Shown: positions 9,147-18,346 of the stretch, in pieces
How the letters are laid out: each line of letters opens with the position of its first letter
How positions within the stretch are numbered: position 1 is the first letter of the stretch
DNA from: a virus
Taxonomy: Duplodnaviria > Heunggongvirae > Uroviricota > Caudoviricetes
Virus record (IMG/VR): IMGVR_UViG_3300022218_000001
Coordinates: 7,179-71,178 of that record
Length of the DNA: 64,000 nt
Direction: 5' to 3' (one strand)
The notes under the pieces: model-generated
What the model was told of the DNA's origin: nothing
Databases searched by the model: none
Seen by the model: only the letters and a program-made list of their open reading frames with translations
Translations under genes and position numbers: made by a program

Positions 9147-10754
9147 ATGCCAAAAGAGTTTAGAATTTTCGGATGTCCGGGGACGGGCAAGACTACGAAC
9201 CTCTCAAAGAAAATAACGGCATCCGCAAAAAAATTTGGTTCGCAGCATGTGATGGTGGCGAGCTTTACAAAGACAGCCGCTATCGAGCTTGTTGGCCGTG
9301 ACTTACCGCTTCCAAAAGACAACGTCGGAACCCTGCACTCCTTCGCCTTCCGAGCTATCGGACATCCGGAAATAGCGGAGGCCCCAAAGCACCTGGCCGA
9401 GTGGAACAAGTGGATCGACTTCCCAGACTGGCGCATTTCCGGCGGTAAAACGTCCATTGATGACCCTTACGGCGAGATGATTGTCGGGAAGACTGAGGGG
9501 GACCGCTGCCTCCAGGAGCTATCGAGGCTGCGCACCAAGTTGGCAGCACGGCAGCAGTGGCCACCTGGGGTCCAGCAGTTCGAGAGCAAGTGGACCGCTT
9601 GGAAAAAAGAAACGAACCGTCTTGATTTTACAGATCTCATCTCGGAGGCGTACGAGAGATGCCCGTCGCCTCCCATTGCGGCAGTTGTTGGGTACTTCGA
9701 TGAGGTGCAGGACTTCTCTCCGCTGGAGCTTTCGCTGATCCGACAGTGGGGAGAGACGATGAGCTTCATCGTCCTTGCTGGCGACGACGACCAGACCATC
9801 TACAGCTTCCGTGGGTCCATACCCGATGCGTTCCTCGATCCACCCATCCCAGACGAGCAAAAAATCGTGCTTCCAATTAGCTTCCGACTCCCCCGCGTCG
9901 TAAAGAGCCGCGCCGAGGAATGGATCCGGGGTGTCTCGAGACGAGAGGACAAGCCGTTCGAGGCCCGTGACGCCGAGGGGTCGATCGACGAAAGCGATGC
10001 GACCTGGGCGATGCCCGATCGCATCGTGGTCGATGCGATAGCCGAGGCGAAAAAAGGTCACACTTGCATGATTTTGGCGAGCTGCGGTTACATGCTGGAG
10101 CCGACCGTGGTCGCCTTGAAGACTCGAGGCGCCACGTTTCACAATCCCTATCGTGTGAAACAGGGCTTCTGGAACCCCCTCCGTGGGGGCGTAGACCGCC
10201 TCCTGTCCTTCTGCCGGCCAGACCGCAGGGTTTGGGGCGAGGACGCGCACAGCCACACCTGGGCGAGCCTGCGGCCCTGGTTCGAGCACCTCGATATCCA
10301 GAAGACCGGGCTGCGCAGAGGTGCGAAGAAAAAAGTCATGGACCGAGCGGCCGATGAAGAGTGGAAAGACCAGTTCATCACGCTCTCTGACTTTCGAGAC
10401 TTCGGCATTGACGACCCACCGATACGCTCAGACTGGAAGTGGCTACGTCAGCGTCTCCGTGACAAGGTCCGTCCTCGCTACGCCTACGCCTTCGAAGTCT
10501 GCGAAGCTCACGGAAGCCCCGCTGCGCTGCGGGACAAGCCGAACATCGTTATAGGCACTATTCACAGCGTGAAAGGTGGGCAGGCCGACACTGTTTTTTT
10601 GTTCCCAGACTTGTCTCTCGCGGCAAGCCAAGAAAAAGAGGAGAGCGTTGCAGGTGAAGATGCCGTGCGGCGCATGTTCTATGTCGGCATGACGCGCGCA
10701 GCCAACCGGCTTGTGCTCTGTCAGCCGTCTGATTTTTACTCTGTTGCACTGTAA
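9147..10754 (+). CDS. UvrD/Rep-like superfamily 1 DNA helicase
   Basis: Walker A GCPGTGKTT, motif II FDEVQDFSPLE, motif V/VI TIHSVKGGQADTVFLF. Confidence 0.75.
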   Translation: MPKEFRIFGCPGTGKTTNLSKKITASAKKFGSQHVMVASFTKTAAIELVGRDLPLPKDNVGTLHSFAFRAIGHPEIAEAPKHLAEWNKWIDFPDWRISGGKTSIDDPYGEMIVGKTEGDRCLQELSRLRTKLAARQQWPPGVQQFESKWTAWKKETNRLDFTDLISEAYERCPSPPIAAVVGYFDEVQDFSPLELSLIRQWGETMSFIVLAGDDDQTIYSFRGSIPDAFLDPPIPDEQKIVLPISFRLPRVVKSRAEEWIRGVSRREDKPFEARDAEGSIDESDATWAMPDRIVVDAIAEAKKGHTCMILASCGYMLEPTVVALKTRGATFHNPYRVKQGFWNPLRGGVDRLLSFCRPDRRVWGEDAHSHTWASLRPWFEHLDIQKTGLRRGAKKKVMDRAADEEWKDQFITLSDFRDFGIDDPPIRSDWKWLRQRLRDKVRPRYAYAFEVCEAHGSPAALRDKPNIVIGTIHSVKGGQADTVFLFPDLSLAASQEKEESVAGEDAVRRMFYVGMTRAANRLVLCQPSDFYSVAL

Positions 10755-10768
10755 AGGAGGTGCTGAGA

Positions 10769-11887
10769 ATGGAAGGCGAAAATGTTCCGGCTATCATTGA
10801 AAACAAAGAGCAGGAAGTGATAGACAAAACTGTTGTGCTGTTTGATGCTGCCAGGCGGGCACTCGCGGAGGCGACAACGCTTGATGAGGTTATCGAGCAT
10901 CGAGACAAGGCAGAGACATTCAAGGACTGGACAAAGAGGCGCGGTGCGTCTCTTGATGTCCAAAACGATGCGGCGGAGTTCAAAATTGACTGTGAGCGCA
11001 AAGCCGGCGGGATCATCATGACCGGTGAAGTGCTTGCTGGCCGTGGGCGCCCGAAGCAGAACTCCGATCTTAAAACAGTCGAAGATCTCGGAATCACTCG
11101 AAGTGACTCGAGTCGCTGGCAGCTCATCTATAAGGTAGATGAAGAGACCTACAAAACGTGGGTTCGAGAGACTCGGGCAGCAGGGAAAGAGATCACCACG
11201 GCTGGACTGATCAAACTTGCGAAGCAGATTCAAACGCAGAAAGAGCGCGAGCGACTTGCAGCAGAAACCGCTCAGGCCAAGGAAGAAATGGAGGAGGACG
11301 ATGCGGTCATCTACGATCTCGACAAAGCCGAACGCCTTTTCGGTTCTTGTCGTACGATCTACGCAGATCCACCATGGAAATATGACGACGAGACTGTCAA
11401 GGGTGCAGCCGCGCTTGAGTACCCGACGATGCCACTTGGCGATATTTGTGCGATGGGGGAAACCATCAAGAAACTTGTGCACAAGGACGGAGCTTTTTTG
11501 TGGCTATGGATAACGTGGCCAAAGATTCGCGAAGGCGCGGCACAGCATGTCCTGGACGCCTGGGGCTTTGAGTGGAAGGGAGAGGTTGTTTGGAACAAAA
11601 TGCGGATGGGCCTTGGCCGATGGCTACGTGGCCAAACAGAGATCTGCATTCTCGGTGTGCGCGGCCGACCAAAAAAGCTTGCGGATAATGTCCCAGGTTA
11701 CTTGGAGGCGACACGTCTAAAGCACTCAAAGAAGCCCGACTCAATGTATAAAACAATCGAGTCTTTCGGAGCCGGAGAGTACCTTGAACTCTTCCATCGT
11801 GGAAAGCGCCGCGATGGCTGGAATGTGTTCGGCAATGCAGACCAGAAGCTTACAACAAGCCAGGAGGAGCCGAGTGATCCCAGCTAA
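10769..11887 (+). CDS. MT-A70 family N6-adenine DNA methyltransferase
   Basis: IYADPPWKYDD (DPPW motif IV) and downstream MT-A70 core; RBS aaggagg before ATG 10769. Confidence 0.8.
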   Translation: MEGENVPAIIENKEQEVIDKTVVLFDAARRALAEATTLDEVIEHRDKAETFKDWTKRRGASLDVQNDAAEFKIDCERKAGGIIMTGEVLAGRGRPKQNSDLKTVEDLGITRSDSSRWQLIYKVDEETYKTWVRETRAAGKEITTAGLIKLAKQIQTQKERERLAAETAQAKEEMEEDDAVIYDLDKAERLFGSCRTIYADPPWKYDDETVKGAAALEYPTMPLGDICAMGETIKKLVHKDGAFLWLWITWPKIREGAAQHVLDAWGFEWKGEVVWNKMRMGLGRWLRGQTEICILGVRGRPKKLADNVPGYLEATRLKHSKKPDSMYKTIESFGAGEYLELFHRGKRRDGWNVFGNADQKLTTSQEEPSDPS

Positions 11888-11987
11888 GAGGTGGAGACTT
11901 TAGAGAAAATGCTCGGCACCGACGGCGATCTGAGTGACTCACTGACTTTTTTTTCTTTCCAGGACGTATGATCTAAGGAGTTTTGCC

Positions 11988-12326
11988 ATGAATGAGGAAA
12001 GCATCCCCGAAGGAGTGCCAGGCGAAGATGAGTTTGATCCGATCGGGGCAACGCCACACAGCGTGCCACCAAATCACGCGGGTGCGATGAAGATTGAGAC
12101 TGGGATGGATGAGAAAAACTGCCTGATTATTCTTGGCATTATAACGCCAGACGGAGATCACGTCAGGATGGGACTTCCAGTTGCCGGCGCTCTTCGGCTC
12201 ATTGAGAATCTACTTGGGAAGTGCAACCAGCTTCTCATGGGGCCACCACCCCCCGGCCATGGCCCAGACTCCGACCCAAACCCAGACGGAGAGTCCGGGA
12301 TTATTCTCCCCGGCCAGTACCGATGA
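11988..12326 (+). CDS. hypothetical protein
   Basis: RBS aaggag before ATG; Pro/Gly-rich C-terminus. Confidence 0.3.
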   Translation: MNEESIPEGVPGEDEFDPIGATPHSVPPNHAGAMKIETGMDEKNCLIILGIITPDGDHVRMGLPVAGALRLIENLLGKCNQLLMGPPPPGHGPDSDPNPDGESGIILPGQYR

Positions 12327-12508
12327 ACCCCTTGTGGCTACTGCTTATCGTTCCTACTTCCTTTTGCGCGGGCTTCGTTCTTGCAGGTCTTGTCCTGTCA
12401 AGCTCCAGGGCAGATGACGCCAGGAGAGCTTATACCAAGGGGAGACGCGAAGGTCGCGAGGAGATGCAGGATTGGCTTTTATGTACTGGGAAAAATAGAT
12501 ACAATTAG
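12323..12508 (+). CDS. small membrane protein (single N-terminal TM)
   Basis: MNPLWLLLIVPTSFCAGFVLAGLVL TM segment followed by charged tail; ATGA overlap. Confidence 0.3.
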   Translation: MNPLWLLLIVPTSFCAGFVLAGLVLSSSRADDARRAYTKGRREGREEMQDWLLCTGKNRYN

Positions 12509-12511
12509 GGC

Positions 12512-12539
12512 TTGATCGCCTTTTCTTCGCTGCTATAAT
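12512..12539 (+). promoter_or_regulatory. sigma70-like promoter (TTGATC-16-TATAAT)
   Basis: Near-consensus -35 and -10 hexamers upstream of 12674 gene. Confidence 0.55.
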
Positions 12540-12673
12540 ACGAGCGAACTTTGATAAGAACAGGTGTGATGCTTCACAGGACATGACGCTATAGAGGGAG
12601 GGACAATGCCTATGAACTAAAGCCTTGATTTTTGCCTTTTTGCCTTTTGCTTTTGACTGAAGGAGTCTGACAG

Positions 12674-13990
12674 ATGAAACGGATTTTTTTTCTTGCGGCA
12701 CTGATTGTGGCGATTTCTTGCGTGTTCGCGGCGGCGGACCCTACGGCGTGCAACTTCATACGCGGTGACGCGAACGGTGACGGAACTTTAGGCTTGCCAG
12801 ACGCATCCTATATAGGCAACTGGTATGGGAGCGGGGGGCCGGACCCGACGCCGACGATGGATGCGGGAGACGCGAACGACGATGGTGTCGTAAACATTTC
12901 TGACATCTCTTATATTACGAATTGGTGGCTTGGGGGGCCGAACCCGTCTTCGCCGTATTCTGGCGACTGCATAGAGGGATCAAGCAATACGATCGATTCG
13001 GATGAGTGTGGGACGAACTACCCGTTAGGGTCTTCGTACACATTAACGCAGGGAACTTGCTCATTCACCGAGGAGTCCACTACGGGCTCGGTGGACTTCA
13101 TCTCTACCCCGACAGGATCAGGGCATGCGACGTTGTCGCTCCTGAAGGAGGTGACTTGCAGTCAGTCGATAGGAGCGGACTGTCAAGGAGAGTACAGCTT
13201 CAAGATGCCGATAACCATGAACGCATTGAAGCTCGGGGAACTTGAGGGCCTTGACGATGCTGGCAACACCACCTGGGAACTCCAGACCCGATTTACCTCG
13301 TACATCGATCTCTATCTTGAGGACCGGTGCAAGCATTGCTGGTACAACTACCAGGGAGAGCCAAAAAACGACAATTGTCATAGCGTATGGGCTGAGTGCG
13401 AGGTTTGGCTTGAAGTTGACGTTAATGGAACAAAGTACTCGATCTTGGCAACTGAAAACGGGGAAGACAACCTTCACGAAGGCGGGTCTCCGTTCTCGGA
13501 TCTCCCCAACAGGCTTGTGGCTCCAGTTTGGCAACGAGACTATGAATGCGACTGTGACGCGGCAACAGGGTGGTATCATTTCATAGCAGATCCGAAGACC
13601 ATGAGCGGCTATCCGTACAATAATATGGACTATTCGGACTGGTTCGATTTCTGGGATTACCATTCCTCGCGAACGTTCCAGGATAAAGGAATGACGTGCT
13701 ACTACACCTGTTCACAAGATATAGACCCGCTTGAGTACAGCACACAAGATGAAACGACGCAGGAAATTACCTGGAGCCTCGCCGATATCGTAGCAGGAAT
13801 CACAGGCTCCCATTCGATGGACGACGAAGTCAAGTTCGACTTCATTGAGTTCCGAGAAATGTTTTGGGATATGGACCTCCATCAAGATAGCTTTTACGAC
13901 GACTTCCCGAACTACGAATACAACCTCATAGAGCATACGATTTGGTGCAACTATCTCTACCTCGACGCTACGCAGTGTCCTGGGTCGTAA
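12674..13990 (+). CDS. secreted protein with N-terminal dockerin-type repeats
   Basis: Signal peptide MKRIFFLAALIVAISCVFAAA; two repeats GDANGDGTLGLPDASYIGNWY / GDANDDGVVNISDISYITNWW match dockerin Ca-binding repeat pattern; Cys-rich remainder. Confidence 0.55.
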   Translation: MKRIFFLAALIVAISCVFAAADPTACNFIRGDANGDGTLGLPDASYIGNWYGSGGPDPTPTMDAGDANDDGVVNISDISYITNWWLGGPNPSSPYSGDCIEGSSNTIDSDECGTNYPLGSSYTLTQGTCSFTEESTTGSVDFISTPTGSGHATLSLLKEVTCSQSIGADCQGEYSFKMPITMNALKLGELEGLDDAGNTTWELQTRFTSYIDLYLEDRCKHCWYNYQGEPKNDNCHSVWAECEVWLEVDVNGTKYSILATENGEDNLHEGGSPFSDLPNRLVAPVWQRDYECDCDAATGWYHFIADPKTMSGYPYNNMDYSDWFDFWDYHSSRTFQDKGMTCYYTCSQDIDPLEYSTQDETTQEITWSLADIVAGITGSHSMDDEVKFDFIEFREMFWDMDLHQDSFYDDFPNYEYNLIEHTIWCNYLYLDATQCPGS

Positions 13991-14098
13991 AGTTCTTTGA
14001 TGGTTACTGGTTCATCTTTACGAGTTGGGGTGCTGCCTCCTGGTTGCACAGACGGCGCACCCCGCTCTTTTTTCTTTTCTCTTACAAGGAGGGGAGCT

Positions 14099-14452
14099 AT
14101 GAAGAAGCTCATTGCTATCACGGCACTTTTGCTGTGTTCTGCTTTTGTCTGTGGCCAATGGGAGCCCCCGACGTTTCTTCGTGGGGACGCTAACGCCGAT
14201 GGTGTTGTGGACATGAGCGATGCTGTGTTCACCAGCACGTATCTTCAGTATCACGCCCCTTGGATGCACTATTTCTCGTGCCCGGCCGCCGCTGACTTCA
14301 CCGGGGACGGGGTTATCGACGGGTGGGATATCTACTATCTCACACAATGGCTTTTCAACAGTGGCGCACCTCCGCCCGCACCAGGCCCTTTTAACTGCGG
14401 TGAAGGTCCGCTATATGGGCTACCGTGCTATATCGACATTTGCCCGGATTGA
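14099..14452 (+). CDS. small secreted dockerin-repeat protein
   Basis: RBS aaggagggg; signal peptide MKKLIAITALLLCSAF; repeats GDANADGVVDMSDAVFTSTYL and DFTGDGVIDGWDIYYLTQWL. Confidence 0.55.
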   Translation: MKKLIAITALLLCSAFVCGQWEPPTFLRGDANADGVVDMSDAVFTSTYLQYHAPWMHYFSCPAAADFTGDGVIDGWDIYYLTQWLFNSGAPPPAPGPFNCGEGPLYGLPCYIDICPD

Positions 14453-14538
14453 TCATCATTTAAAACCAGTTGAGGGCGCGCTGGCCAAGGCTCCCCACCT
14501 TCCTGGTGCGCCCTCCTTTTATCAGAGATGGAGGCTCC

Positions 14539-14745
14539 ATGATCAACGGTAGGGATATGGAGGCGATCGTCTATGATGCGCACTCAGAGCAGGCAAGGAA
14601 GCTCGCCGGCTGGTGGGAGCGACACCAGGAGTGGGATAAACGCCGTGTGCGAGAGGAGGAGGAAACGAGGAAAAGGGTCATGGCGAAGGAGCGGGCTCTG
14701 AGAAAGCTCTCACCCGAAGAGATCGAGGCGCTCGGGCTGGAATAG
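14539..14745 (+). CDS. hypothetical small protein
   Basis: RBS gagatggagg before ATG; charged coiled-coil. Confidence 0.3.
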   Translation: MINGRDMEAIVYDAHSEQARKLAGWWERHQEWDKRRVREEEETRKRVMAKERALRKLSPEEIEALGLE

Positions 14746-14778
14746 AAATGAAGCGAAGGAAGAAATAAGAATGTGCCG

Positions 14779-14907
14779 ATGGCCGGCGGATTGCCGGAGG
14801 TCCGGTGTGCTGGCGTCGGCGTTTACTATCCAGAAGGACCGGAATGCGTCTGGGTAAGCGGCGACTTTCTTATTGAAACGGAGACTTTCGTGGAGCACCC
14901 GAAATAG
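14779..14907 (+). CDS. 42-aa Cys-containing micro-protein (paralog A)
   Basis: MAGGLPEVRCAGVGVYYPEGPECVWVSGDFLIETETFVEHPK; second copy at 15341 conserved at protein level with synonymous DNA changes. Confidence 0.45.
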   Translation: MAGGLPEVRCAGVGVYYPEGPECVWVSGDFLIETETFVEHPK

Positions 14908-15337
14908 CATGATGACAGCAGAACTATCGGTCAGGAAGGCCGTGATCGAGATCCGAGTGGTTCGCATCGGCAGGAAGCAGATGACGAAATCCATTTTCAG
15001 GCAGATCCCGGTTCGGCGGGCGTTTATCTTCAATAAAGCCGCGCGCACGCTCAAGATCCGGGAAAACATAGAGGTCTGGGGCTATGCTCGTGGGGTGTCA
15101 GAATTCGATCCAGATAGCTTCGGGGCACACGTTGTTGGCCTTTGGAGTATGGACGGGGAAATGTTCCGATGCATCGTCCCCACATTGCACGAGTCGGGGT
15201 GTCGTCGCGGCGAAGTTTGGATCCCTGCCTGGACAGACGTAAAGTATGACCTCGACGACGATGCGCTCTTGGTTGAGTTCAAGGAATATTTTTTGAGCCA
15301 ATTCGAGGCGGCTGGGCAGTTGTTTGTAGGAGCATGA
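14908..15337 (+). CDS. hypothetical protein
   Basis: ATGATG start immediately after micro-protein stop. Confidence 0.4.
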
Positions 15338-15340
15338 AGA

Positions 15341-15460
15341 ATGACTGAGTTCCCGGATATCGGCTGCGCGGGCGACGTTTACTATCCAGAAGGACCGGAA
15401 TGCGTCTGGGTAAGTGACGACTTTTTAATTGAGACGGAAACGTTTGTCGAGGTGCCTGAA
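15341..15460 (+). CDS. 39-aa Cys-containing micro-protein (paralog B)
   Basis: RBS aggag 8 nt before ATG; MTEFPDIGCAGDVYYPEGPECVWVSDDFLIETETFVEVPE; stop overlaps next ATG (TGAATG). Confidence 0.55.
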
Positions 15461-15945
15461 TGAATGAGGAATGGCTAAATGCTGCGAAGGAACTGACTGC
15501 AAGGCTTGGGGAGAAGATCGGCGAGGGCTCTGACTACTTCTGGCCGATTCTCGTTCGGCATCAGGTTATCAGCGCCAGTGTGGCAATTCTTGCGGGTGTC
15601 TGTGCTGTTGTGGCTGCTGTCTTTTTTATCATGTGGGCCAGGTGGTCCAGGAGGGTTCACAGGCACAAAGATGTGGTGGCGCTCCTCCAGATCGAAGAGC
15701 ACGATAGGAGCAGGCCCGCTGATGGGGAAGGGTCGGCTGAGGATAGGAAGGTTTGGTTTGGAGCGCACGAAACGCTTCTCGAGACAAGCAGGGCGGAGTC
15801 GGCCGCTATAAGTGTCACGTATGTCGTGCAGGCAATAGCGTGCGTGATAATTGGGATCGGGGTTCTTGCTGCTTGTTGCAGTATCTCGCAGATTTTAAAC
15901 CCAGAGTACTTCGCGCTCCATGAAGTGATAGGGATGCTGGAGTAA
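15460..15945 (+). CDS. membrane protein (2 TM segments)
   Basis: Hydrophobic segments ISASVAILAGVCAVVAAVFFIMWARW and VQAIACVIIGIGVLAACC. Confidence 0.45.
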   Translation: MNEEWLNAAKELTARLGEKIGEGSDYFWPILVRHQVISASVAILAGVCAVVAAVFFIMWARWSRRVHRHKDVVALLQIEEHDRSRPADGEGSAEDRKVWFGAHETLLETSRAESAAISVTYVVQAIACVIIGIGVLAACCSISQILNPEYFALHEVIGMLE

Positions 15946-16157
15946 TGGACACGGCCACTTGGAACCACACGTACGGATATGACAACACCTACGACATCCC
16001 AGTTTGCTGTGATTTTTGTGACATGGTTGTTCTAATGTCAGTTCGAGGAGCCATACCAAGCAGGTGGGAGTACGATAGTGGCAAGAAGAAGTGCCACCTG
16101 TGCGTTGAGAAACAGCGCACTGGTTCGGTAGAAGTTGAGGCCCAAGGTGATGTTTGA
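15945..16157 (+). CDS. small zinc-ribbon protein
   Basis: CCDFCD...CHLC cysteine pairs. Confidence 0.35.
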   Translation: MDTATWNHTYGYDNTYDIPVCCDFCDMVVLMSVRGAIPSRWEYDSGKKKCHLCVEKQRTGSVEVEAQGDV

Positions 16158-16800
16158 TGGAAAAGCTGCTGAAATGACCGAGCCGAACGACGTTATCACG
16201 GTTGGGGCGAGTTATTTTTCCACCACCGCACGGGGATCAGCTCGAGCTATGATCCGGTATCTCTCTATCGGGACGAACCCGTTCTACGGGGGGCCGCTCC
16301 CGGAGGGCAGCGTCCAACTGACGCTGGACGATGCCGAGGTCGTCTTAGAGAAGCTCGGCGAGATTGTGCGGAAAATGAAAGCTAAGACCAAGGAGGACCC
16401 CAGCAGTGATCAAAGTGAGGCGAGTCGTAGAGAGCGGGAAGAAACGGAACCGGCCACCCAGATTCTGGCTCGTGGTCGGGGACAAACACCACCAAATATC
16501 GCTGCAGGAAGCGAAGAGTCTCCGGCAGCAGTTGAACCGGTTCAAACTATAGGGGGTATGCCCATGGCGGCCTGGAAGCGTGAGGTATGCGAAAGCTGCG
16601 AGTTTTTTATAAGGCTTGGGGAGATGGATGTGGACAGGGACGTCAATGACGAATGGGTTGGCAGTTGTAGGCAGGCACCGCCCACGCTACGGCATGAACG
16701 GGATTACGACTACCCTCGGATAGCCGAGGGCTTCCCTGCCTGCTCGCAGTTTACTGCGAGAAAATCAGAGATTCCACTCCCGGGCGGTCTTGTTGAATGA
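16135..16800 (+). CDS. hypothetical protein
   Basis: 221-aa ORF, acidic; CESCEFF motif. Confidence 0.4.
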   Translation: MRPKVMFDGKAAEMTEPNDVITVGASYFSTTARGSARAMIRYLSIGTNPFYGGPLPEGSVQLTLDDAEVVLEKLGEIVRKMKAKTKEDPSSDQSEASRREREETEPATQILARGRGQTPPNIAAGSEESPAAVEPVQTIGGMPMAAWKREVCESCEFFIRLGEMDVDRDVNDEWVGSCRQAPPTLRHERDYDYPRIAEGFPACSQFTARKSEIPLPGGLVE

Positions 16801-16803
16801 CAT

Positions 16804-17289
16804 GTGCCATTTGCGCTTGGTTTTCACATTGCCTCTTCTACTTCGACCGGGGCGTCTCGCGCGGCGTCCCGGTCACTTACAGCCATGAGAGAGTCAATCT
16901 TTGGGCACTTCAACATTGAGGCGTGCGCTATCACCAAGCAGCAATGGAGGCGCCGACATCGCCTCTGCTCTGTTTGTGACTATGGGGGTTTTGCGAAGAT
17001 TTGTCATAACTGTAAAGAGGTCTTTTTTTATGAAGGCCCAAAGGTCGAGGAGGAGTCAGGTATGATGACAAGAGAAGAACTGAATCGAGAATTCATTGAT
17101 ACCCACTGCGCTATATCTCTTGGGCTTGTCAGCGATGGGAAGCTTCAGCGTGCTGTGGAGTTATTTCTACAGCAAATGAGAAACCGCCATGACACCATAG
17201 GCCTTGTTGAGGGCGACGTGAGAGCCGATGGGCTCGCAGCCGTCTCACAGGGAGCGGATGCTGTCCGCTCTTGGCTACGAAGATTCTAA
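16804..17289 (+). CDS. hypothetical protein
   Basis: ORF with CxxC pairs (CSVCDYGGFAKICHNC). Confidence 0.35.
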   Translation: MPFALGFHIASSTSTGASRAASRSLTAMRESIFGHFNIEACAITKQQWRRRHRLCSVCDYGGFAKICHNCKEVFFYEGPKVEEESGMMTREELNREFIDTHCAISLGLVSDGKLQRAVELFLQQMRNRHDTIGLVEGDVRADGLAAVSQGADAVRSWLRRF

Positions 17290-17316
17290 AAACGAGTGAT
17301 CTGCTCGCTTTTTTTC

Positions 17317-17344
17317 TTGAGCCCCCATGGCTCGTTCGTATAAT
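17317..17344 (+). promoter_or_regulatory. sigma70-like promoter (TTGAGC-16-TATAAT)
   Basis: Hexamers directly upstream of ATG 17356; implies near-leaderless transcript. Confidence 0.5.
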
Positions 17345-17355
17345 GTGAACAAACA

Positions 17356-17616
17356 ATGAACAGACGCTCATTCTTAAAGTCCTGCCTGATCGGGGCGGTA
17401 ACGGCAATGCTCCCGGGCTCTAATCGGGCATTCTTGCCGCAACCAAAACCGATGCCACTGTGCACGCCTCCGCCTGAGATCTTCGCAAAGCATTGCCTCC
17501 AGTCTTTGAGATCGAACCTGGTTATGGCCAAGCTGGTTCATAAAGACCTTAAAGAAGAGCCTTCTCGCATTTGCAGGAATGTCGAAACTGGGGCCTGGGA
17601 GACGGACAATGCCTGA
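17356..17616 (+). CDS. small protein with twin-arginine (Tat) signal and capsid-N-terminus-like segment
   Basis: MNRRSFLKSCLIGAVTAML = S/T-RR-x-F-L-K Tat motif; PPEIFAKHCLQSLRSNLVMAKLVHKDLKEE aligns with PPEIWAVESLMVLRDNLVMAGLVHRDFENE at N-terminus of 50957 gene. Confidence 0.4.
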   Translation: MNRRSFLKSCLIGAVTAMLPGSNRAFLPQPKPMPLCTPPPEIFAKHCLQSLRSNLVMAKLVHKDLKEEPSRICRNVETGAWETDNA

Positions 17617-17965
17617 ATTTTTAAATTCCGGGGGCACCCATAGGGGGCTTGACGTCGAGAAAGAGAGGCAGCTTCTGCTGGAGATTGGGGAGTCGTCAAA
17701 GGATTTTCGTGATGCTTGCATGGCTCTTCAAGAACTCAGGGTGGACAGCATTGAGCGTGCCGGCAGTAAGCTACCAAAGGACGCTGATTGTCTTTGGAAT
17801 GAACCGCGACCGGACAGGCCGAATCTCGTTTCCGGCCTCGAGAATGAGTGGTGTTACTTCTGCTCTATGAAGAGTGATCGTATGGTTTTCTTCGTTCATA
17901 ATGAGGGCTGCCATGCTGGGATTTGTAAGGAGTGTGCAATCAAGTTGGTATCACTGTTTTTTTAA
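17579..17965 (+). CDS. protein with ClpX-type C4 zinc-finger-like C-terminus
   Basis: CYFCSMKSDRMVFFVHNEGCHAGICKECA resembles ClpX ZB domain pattern CxxC...G..IC..C. Confidence 0.35.
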   Translation: MSKLGPGRRTMPEFLNSGGTHRGLDVEKERQLLLEIGESSKDFRDACMALQELRVDSIERAGSKLPKDADCLWNEPRPDRPNLVSGLENEWCYFCSMKSDRMVFFVHNEGCHAGICKECAIKLVSLFF

Positions 17966-17983
17966 CATATTGAGGAGAACGGC

Positions 17984-18325
17984 ATGAGTTCAAAGTCTAT
18001 AGAGGACGGGATGAAGGGGCTGAAGTTCGTAACTGTTGGGAAGAAGAGGTACATCTGCCTTTTAGACGAAAGCGGCGAGCGGCCAAGGCTCAGCCTCGCA
18101 TCTGAAATCACAGAGGATGACCGATGGGCCGAATGGTGGGTCGCGGAGCAAAACGAAGGGAAACTCCTGACGGTAAAGCTGTCGGCGGACGCTGGTTTCA
18201 CCTTTGTCGAAATGGATCCAAGGGAAAGAATCGAACTAACAAATCAATGGGAGCGAATGCAAGAAATAAAGCGAACGGCTATTACGCACCTTGAGAATAG
18301 CCTTTTCTTTAAAACGAAAATCTAA
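17984..18325 (+). CDS. hypothetical protein
   Basis: RBS gaggagaacggc before ATG. Confidence 0.4.
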   Translation: MSSKSIEDGMKGLKFVTVGKKRYICLLDESGERPRLSLASEITEDDRWAEWWVAEQNEGKLLTVKLSADAGFTFVEMDPRERIELTNQWERMQEIKRTAITHLENSLFFKTKI

Positions 18326-18346
18326 ACGAGCCCCCACCTGTCCCTC

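Noticed and set aside
8940-9150. tRNA or structured RNA gene in the primase-helicase gap
   Set aside because: No cloverleaf-compatible arrangement or T-loop (GTTCRANYC) consensus was found. Only simple direct repeats and one long-range complement were seen. It is kept only as an origin or structure candidate.
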